In this document: positions 18,331-23,604 of the stretch, in pieces | Layout: each line of letters begins with the position of its first letter | Position numbering within the stretch: the stretch's first letter is position 1 | DNA from: an uncultured Nitrososphaerota archaeon | GTDB lineage: Archaea; Asgardarchaeota; Njordarchaeia; Njordarchaeales; Panguiarchaeaceae | Reading direction: 5' to 3' | Length of the DNA: 23,604 bases | Assembly: GCA_964636085.1 (NCBI GenBank) | Contig: CAZWPQ010000009.1 | Location: 43,387-66,990, forward strand | Position numbers and translations under genes: made by a program | Notes under the pieces: model-generated | What the model was told of the DNA's origin: nothing | Seen by the model: only the letters and a program-made list of their open reading frames with translations | The model's database searches: none

Positions 18331-18350
18331 TGAAGTACACGTGATCAAAC

Positions 18351-18725
18351 TTGACCGATCTCAAACAAGTAATAATTGTTAGAGATGATCTTAAAAAAAT
18401 TGGTATGACTATAGGTAAATTATTTGTCCACATAGCGCATGCCGCTGTTGAGGGTTACCGCCTAGTAAAGAATTTTAAGCCCGAAGTGGCTGACAAATGG
18501 ATTTTATCTGGACAAAAAAAGGTCGTATTGCATGTGAGTAACTTAGACCAGCTAATAAAAAAATATAAGAAAGCTATTTCACTCGGCATACCTTCTGGGG
18601 TAATCAGGGATGCTGGCTTGACTGAACTGGAGCCAGGCACAATTACTGTTCTCGTAATAGGACCATGGTTTTCCGACATTATAGATAAAGTAACTGGGGA
18701 TCTCCCACTATTGAGAAATTGGTGA
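18351..18725 (+). CDS. pth2: Peptidyl-tRNA hydrolase Pth2
   Basis: KQVIIVRDDL..GK....AHAAV, W...GQKKVVL, IRDAGLTELEPGT.TVL.IGP, IDKVTG.L.LL. Confidence 0.95.
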   Translation: MTDLKQVIIVRDDLKKIGMTIGKLFVHIAHAAVEGYRLVKNFKPEVADKWILSGQKKVVLHVSNLDQLIKKYKKAISLGIPSGVIRDAGLTELEPGTITVLVIGPWFSDIIDKVTGDLPLLRNW

Positions 18726-18729
18726 TTAA

Positions 18730-20031
18730 ATGGTTGAATCATATCCTGCCCTAGACATGCTATGTGGGATGCATGCGTATATGACTAGTGTTCATCTCAA
18801 AGCTAATATTATGTGGAGTGATATAGATGATTTTATTGTGGAGGAAATACAGAAAGATGGAACTATCTTAGAACTGAAAAATCCCGTAATCACGCCAAGC
18901 GGTTATCCTGGACTTTTCACCCATTTTGTACTAATAAAAAGGAATATTGATACCTTTAGTGCAATCAGAATTATTTCTAAAAAACTTGGAATACCAAGAC
19001 ACTGGGTATTTCTTAGCGGTATGAAGGACAAAGAAGCGATTACAGTGCAGCGTGGCTGTGTGTTTGGTGTTCCTCCAGAGAAAATAATAAGCACTAAGTG
19101 GAGCGAAAAAATAATGCTAGTCTCGCCAGTTAGAGAATTAAGGAGGATCCATATAGGAGAACACATAGGAAATCACTTTACTATCAAATTTCGGACTACC
19201 AACATTAATGCTATCCAAATGATATTGAATGAGTTGGTCAAGAAGGGCGCCCCAAATTTTTTTGGTTACCAAAGATTCGGTGTTTGGAAGCCTGTATCTC
19301 ATATAGCTGGAAAGCTAATTGTGTTGGGTAGGTATATGGAATCATTAATGGTAGTCCTTAAAGAATGTTCACCTTTTTTCCCTAATCGTGAACAATTTCT
19401 AGAATTATTGGAGGAGGAAGATTTTAAAAATGCACTAAGCTTGTTACCTAAAAGAGGTTTTTACTATGAGCGAATCATCCTTCAAAATCTCTTAAAGAAA
19501 ATTGAGCCCCACAGAATTCTACATTCGTTACCCCGAGAGTTCCTTAGAATCTTGGTCGAATCATATCAATCTTTTCTTTTTAACCTAGCCCTCAGCGAAA
19601 TATTAAATGCTAACATTGATATACCCAACAGGCTACCCCTCATTGGATATCATTTTGAACAACAATATATCCCGCCAGTAATCAAAAACGTCCTCTCAGA
19701 TATATTAGACTCCGAAGACGTATTGCCCTCTAATTTTAGGATCAAGTATCTTCCAAAAAGTGTCGCTAAGGGAAGTTGGAGATCAACTATTGTCATAATC
19801 GGTGATCTAGAATATTACCACGACAACGGTAATATTCTGAAGTTTTCGCTTCCAGCAGGGAGCTTCGCTACAGTTGTGCTTAGAGAAATTGCAAAAGCAT
19901 ATATTCTTGAGCCATTATTGGGCAGGGTAGCCCATAGATCCAATGAAAATGTCCTTAGAATAATGACAGACTATTATCGCTCACTACTAAAAAAATATTT
20001 TGCAGGAAAAAACATTCAAGGCTTTATCTAA
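18730..20031 (+). CDS. truD: tRNA pseudouridine(13) synthase TruD/Pus7
   Basis: DFIVEEI, catalytic GMKDKEAITVQ, GNHF, PNFFGYQRFG, YQSFLFN, FSLPAGSFATVVLREI. Confidence 0.95.
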   Translation: MVESYPALDMLCGMHAYMTSVHLKANIMWSDIDDFIVEEIQKDGTILELKNPVITPSGYPGLFTHFVLIKRNIDTFSAIRIISKKLGIPRHWVFLSGMKDKEAITVQRGCVFGVPPEKIISTKWSEKIMLVSPVRELRRIHIGEHIGNHFTIKFRTTNINAIQMILNELVKKGAPNFFGYQRFGVWKPVSHIAGKLIVLGRYMESLMVVLKECSPFFPNREQFLELLEEEDFKNALSLLPKRGFYYERIILQNLLKKIEPHRILHSLPREFLRILVESYQSFLFNLALSEILNANIDIPNRLPLIGYHFEQQYIPPVIKNVLSDILDSEDVLPSNFRIKYLPKSVAKGSWRSTIVIIGDLEYYHDNGNILKFSLPAGSFATVVLREIAKAYILEPLLGRVAHRSNENVLRIMTDYYRSLLKKYFAGKNIQGFI

Positions 20032-20044
20032 CTTAGTTCGGTAA

Positions 20045-21028
20045 TTACAGCTCGGGTATCGGAACACTATCGAGAGCTGCAGTCATGATATCATATGGTT
20101 TTACTCCCCCGAGCTCTACTTCTGGCTTTAGGAATATCCTATGTGGCAATACATATGGGGCAACCATTCTAACATCTTCTGGTGTTACATAATTTCTTCC
20201 ATTCATCGCTGCATGTGCCCTAGAGCACATTAAAAGAGCAATCGATGCTCTTGGTGAGCATCCAAAAAGTACCCTAGAGTCCCTCCTTATCGCCATGACA
20301 ATGTCCCGCATGTACTCAAGAACGGATTCCTCTACCTCTACTTTATTAGCTATAAATTTCTGCATTTCGATTACAGTTCTTGCACTTGTTACTTGACTTG
20401 TCAAGACCCTCTTAATGGTCCTCATTTTCAGCTTTAGAATCTGTAATTCCTCTTCCTCATCTGGATACTCCACTTGTATATACATCATAAATCGACTTAG
20501 TTGAGCCTCAGGTAATGGATATGTACCCTCTAATTCAACAGGATTCTGCGTGGCCATAACTAAAAAAGGTTTTGGTAAGGGGTAAGTAACACCCTCCACA
20601 GTTACTGTTTTTTCTTCCATTGCCTCTAACAGAGCCGCTTGTGTCTTGGGAGGCGCTCTATTAATCTCATCAGCCAAAATTATATTTGCGAATATCGGGC
20701 CCCTCTTGAATTTAAACGTACCCTCTTTTTGGTCATAAATATATGATCCTATTATATCAGCTGGTAACATGTCAGGCGTCATCTGTATTCTCTTAAAGCT
20801 AGCACCAATCACATTGGCAAAGTTTTGTGCTAGGAATGTTTTCCCTACCCCCGGCATTCCCTCAAGCAATATGTGGCCACCAACTAGGAGACCTATAAAC
20901 ATCATTTTTATTATATGATCCATACCTATAATAGCCTTCTTAAGCTCCTTATATACCCTCTCGTATGTCTGTTGCACGAATTTCTCATCTATTAAAAGCT
21001 CCTCCTCTCTTATTGCCTCCTCTGCCAT
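20045..21028 (-). CDS. moxR: MoxR-family AAA+ ATPase
   Basis: HILLEGMPGVGKT, RIQMTPDMLPAD, LADEINRAPPKTQAALLEAMEE, ATQNPVELEGTYPLPEAQ, SPRA, HRI. Confidence 0.95.
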   Translation of the reverse strand: MAEEAIREEELLIDEKFVQQTYERVYKELKKAIIGMDHIIKMMFIGLLVGGHILLEGMPGVGKTFLAQNFANVIGASFKRIQMTPDMLPADIIGSYIYDQKEGTFKFKRGPIFANIILADEINRAPPKTQAALLEAMEEKTVTVEGVTYPLPKPFLVMATQNPVELEGTYPLPEAQLSRFMMYIQVEYPDEEEELQILKLKMRTIKRVLTSQVTSARTVIEMQKFIANKVEVEESVLEYMRDIVMAIRRDSRVLFGCSPRASIALLMCSRAHAAMNGRNYVTPEDVRMVAPYVLPHRIFLKPEVELGGVKPYDIMTAALDSVPIPEL

Positions 21029-21059
21029 AGAATTACCCAACTAAGCATGTAATTTCTAC

Positions 21060-21080
21060 AAAAAACAAAAAATATAAAAA
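21060..21080 (-). terminator. U-rich terminator after EF-1alpha
   Basis: Minus strand has three T-runs of 5-6 nt (TTTTTATATTTTTTGTTTTTT) about 20 nt after the stop. Confidence 0.5.
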
Positions 21081-21098
21081 CAGGGTTTTACTAGAATT

Positions 21099-22418
21099 CT
21101 ATTCTGCATCTGGAGGAAGAATATCCATTACGAGGCCAACAGCTATCAATTGTCCCATATCCCTTATAGCGAACCTACCGAGCTGAGGCAACTCGGCGGC
21201 TTTTTCTAAAACGCATTTCTTTATAGGCTCTATGATGACATCAGCGAGTTCTTCTTTTTTAATAAACGCTGGATCCTTCTCTATCAACTTGCCAGATGAA
21301 TCGTACCTAGCCTTTAGCTTTACAAATCTAGCTGCTATTTGTAATGTGTGTGCATGTAGCACGGGCGTGTATCCAGCCGCTATTGATGTTGGATGCCACA
21401 CAACCGAGATCTTTGCTAGGACTCTAGCAACCCCCGGGCCCACTATTGTTGGCGGGTTTGTTTCATGACCTATCACATCTCCTCTCTTTATATCACCAAC
21501 AGCAACACCCTTGACGTTTATTCCAATATTATCCCCAGGAATTGCCTGATCAAGTTTCGTATGATGCATCTCAATTGATTGAGCAACCGTTCTAATCTGC
21601 GGGGGATTTATAATTATTTTATCTCCTGGTTTTAGTACCCCCGTTGCAACCCTACCTGTAGCTACAGTTCCAACACCAGTTATCTTCAAAACTTTTCCTA
21701 TCGGAATTCGTAGTGGCTTATCTATGGGTACGGGGGGTGGTTTGATGTATTTATCGAGTGCTTCCTTTAGTGTAGGACCGTCATACCAAGGCATATTTGG
21801 AGATTTCTCGACTAAATTATCTCCCTTTAGACCGCTTGTTGGTATGAATGGTACATCCTCAGGCTTGTAGCCCATCTCACGTGAGAATAGGAATTTTGAC
21901 AACTCGCTCCTCACATATTCATAGGCATCCTGCTTATAACCAACAGCATCCATTTTATTTACACAAACAATCAAATTCCTTATACCTAATACTTTGGCAA
22001 GAATTGCATGTTCCCTTGTCTGACCTCCCTTACTAAACCCCGCCTCGAATTCATTAGGTTTGGCTGACACGACTAGTATCGCTGCGTCCGCTTGGGATGT
22101 TCCTGAGATCATGTTCTTAATAAAGTCTCGATGACCTGGAGCATCAATTAATGTAAAATAGTATTTCTCTGTCTCAAATTTAGTGTATGTGGGATCAATA
22201 GTAAGCCCCCTAGATCTCTCCTCTCTAAGTGTATCCAGAACCCATGCATAGGCCCAGGATTCTCGCCCTATTTCTGCAGCCTCTTTCCTGTATTTCTCTA
22301 TGATTCTTTCGTCAATCGCACCTAGCTTGTATAAGAAATGACCCATCATTGTTGATTTTCCATGATCTACGTGTCCTATTACTACTAGATTTACATGGGG
22401 CTTTTTTGCTCTCGACAT
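21099..22418 (-). CDS. tuf: Translation elongation factor EF-1alpha (divergent)
   Basis: GHVDHGKST, RGLTID, DAPGHRDFIKNMISG, NKMD, SIEMHH, GDNIG, LGRFAIRDMG. ATG 22418 follows SD AGGGGA. Confidence 0.93.
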   Translation of the reverse strand: MSRAKKPHVNLVVIGHVDHGKSTMMGHFLYKLGAIDERIIEKYRKEAAEIGRESWAYAWVLDTLREERSRGLTIDPTYTKFETEKYYFTLIDAPGHRDFIKNMISGTSQADAAILVVSAKPNEFEAGFSKGGQTREHAILAKVLGIRNLIVCVNKMDAVGYKQDAYEYVRSELSKFLFSREMGYKPEDVPFIPTSGLKGDNLVEKSPNMPWYDGPTLKEALDKYIKPPPVPIDKPLRIPIGKVLKITGVGTVATGRVATGVLKPGDKIIINPPQIRTVAQSIEMHHTKLDQAIPGDNIGINVKGVAVGDIKRGDVIGHETNPPTIVGPGVARVLAKISVVWHPTSIAAGYTPVLHAHTLQIAARFVKLKARYDSSGKLIEKDPAFIKKEELADVIIEPIKKCVLEKAAELPQLGRFAIRDMGQLIAVGLVMDILPPDAE

Positions 22419-22484
22419 TCTGCATCCCCTTCTATTATTCAATACATTTTTTACTTAGTATTTTCCTTATTAATAAAAACAGTA

Positions 22485-22497
22485 TATTTAAACTTTT
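22485..22497 (-). promoter_or_regulatory. BRE-TATA promoter of EF-1alpha
   Basis: Minus strand AAAAG-TTTAAATA, about 67 nt upstream of the ATG. Confidence 0.55.
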
Positions 22498-22517
22498 AAG
22501 CTAATGTAGCTATCGAT

Positions 22518-23604
22518 CTAGCATCGCAGAAAAAATTGAATGATGCCGCCAATTTCTGAGATTTTCTCTAATACATTAATTTGGCTCATACTCTCGTCAT
22601 TACCGAGCGATTTATACATAATTTTGCCTATGCTTGTCAATATATTCTGTATTCTATTTATGAGTGTTATAAATCTATCAGCATTACAGAGGTTACGGGT
22701 GCTAAATTTAGGCACTATTTTTCTAGCAATATTTTCTAACGGAAATTCCATATCGATAAAGAGTCCCTTGTCTATAACAAAAAAATACTTCTTATCTCTC
22801 CCACCAAGCGGCAACGTAACTGTATTTAAATGATCCTCGTTTCCTGTTTTTCCATTATTTATTGGAATATAGACAGCTTTTATTGCTCTATAAATTCTCG
22901 AGGAGGTTATAGTCTTTTCCATTTGAATAAAAACATCGACCAGATCCATCCATTCTGGGGCCAGACCATAAACCTGCAACCATCTCCTAACAAGGCCCAT
23001 AAAATCCCTTGCATGCGTTGTTGCTATACCCCTTATACCTGCTGAATATGCATGGAATAATGCTTTTGTATCCTTCGCATCCTGTATCTCAGTAATAAAA
23101 CAGTAGTCAGGCGACCTATGTAACAGTTTTAGAATTTCTCGCTCCTTATAGTTAATTCTGATATCGTATTCTTCCAGTGAGGATCTCAATTCATAAGAGG
23201 GCACCGAAATCCTTATCGCCTTTTTTCCCTTTAACATGATATCAGGTATTTCTGAAACATCTTCAATAATAACTAATCTCCAACTGGCTGGGATCGCACT
23301 CAGCAAGAGACTAGCTAAAGTCGTTTTTCCCGATCCAGTTTCACCAAAGATTATAATGTTTGGCCGAAAAATAAGTATACCTAGAAGTATTGATAAAATC
23401 TTTCTCATTGTACTGTGGGTAATCAAACTCAGGTAGGGGGGTAATGCTGATAATTTTCTTATAACCACAGATGCTGTTCCATATCTATATGAATCAATAC
23501 TAATTCTAAGTTTTTGATTGCCTATGCTCAAATCTATTTTTTGAGATGGATTTATACCAAATAGTAATGAATCCCCGTAGATTTTAATGAAAAAAATTAA
23601 TGAT
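22518..23604 (-). CDS. VirB11/TadA/CpaF-like secretion ATPase, C-terminal part (5' end beyond window)
   Basis: IRK, Walker A GETGSGKTT, Asp box IIEDVSEI, Walker B region LHRSPDYCFITEIQD, His box TTHA. I checked that the frame stays open from 23531 to the edge. Confidence 0.85.
   Translation of the reverse strand, partial: SLIFFIKIYGDSLLFGINPSQKIDLSIGNQKLRISIDSYRYGTASVVIRKLSALPPYLSLITHSTMRKILSILLGILIFRPNIIIFGETGSGKTTLASLLLSAIPASWRLVIIEDVSEIPDIMLKGKKAIRISVPSYELRSSLEEYDIRINYKEREILKLLHRSPDYCFITEIQDAKDTKALFHAYSAGIRGIATTHARDFMGLVRRWLQVYGLAPEWMDLVDVFIQMEKTITSSRIYRAIKAVYIPINNGKTGNEDHLNTVTLPLGGRDKKYFFVIDKGLFIDMEFPLENIARKIVPKFSTRNLCNADRFITLINRIQNILTSIGKIMYKSLGNDESMSQINVLEKISEIGGIIQFFLRC

Noticed and set aside
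169-23436. Many short antisense or overlapping ORFs (e.g. 239-706, 4664-5023, 5969-6286, 12561-12917, 18455-18742)
   Set aside because: Shadows of well-supported genes with no motifs.
1-23604. CRISPR arrays, IS elements, tRNA/rRNA, defence systems
   Set aside because: No spaced direct repeats, transposase, integrase, cloverleaf or defence motifs seen; intergenic gaps are all under 200 bp.

Overview
Gene-dense, AT-rich archaeal chromosomal segment with no CRISPR, IS, tRNA or rRNA. It carries core informational genes: pcm (partial), rpl11, MCM, type IA topoisomerase, rps27e, thpR, GINS23, pth2, truD and EF-1alpha. Interleaved with these are what looks like a scattered MoxR/DUF58/DUF4350 membrane module, two convergent, sequon-rich GIFT (GldG/IFT52/OST48-like) surface proteins, a 736-aa coiled-coil with an exact 86-aa repeat and C-terminal winged helix, a GlmU-like protein with a degenerate nucleotidyltransferase domain, and a divergent VirB11/TadA-type ATPase cut by the right edge. 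A small FDxxxGP uDENN/longin-like protein and the OST48-like architecture suggest an Asgard-type archaeon (inference only). Highlights not visible in the ORF track: (1) a complete C/D-box sRNA at about 14365-14423 whose D' guide is complementary to the 16S 3' end/anti-Shine-Dalgarno and whose D box overlaps the rps27e ribosome-binding site; (2) a PCNA-binding PIP-box-like motif on the topoisomerase N-terminal extension; (3) a probable ATC start (or UGA read-through) joining two in-frame membrane genes; (4) an EF-1alpha with an altered aminoacyl pocket. All family calls come from motif recognition by eye; no searches were run.
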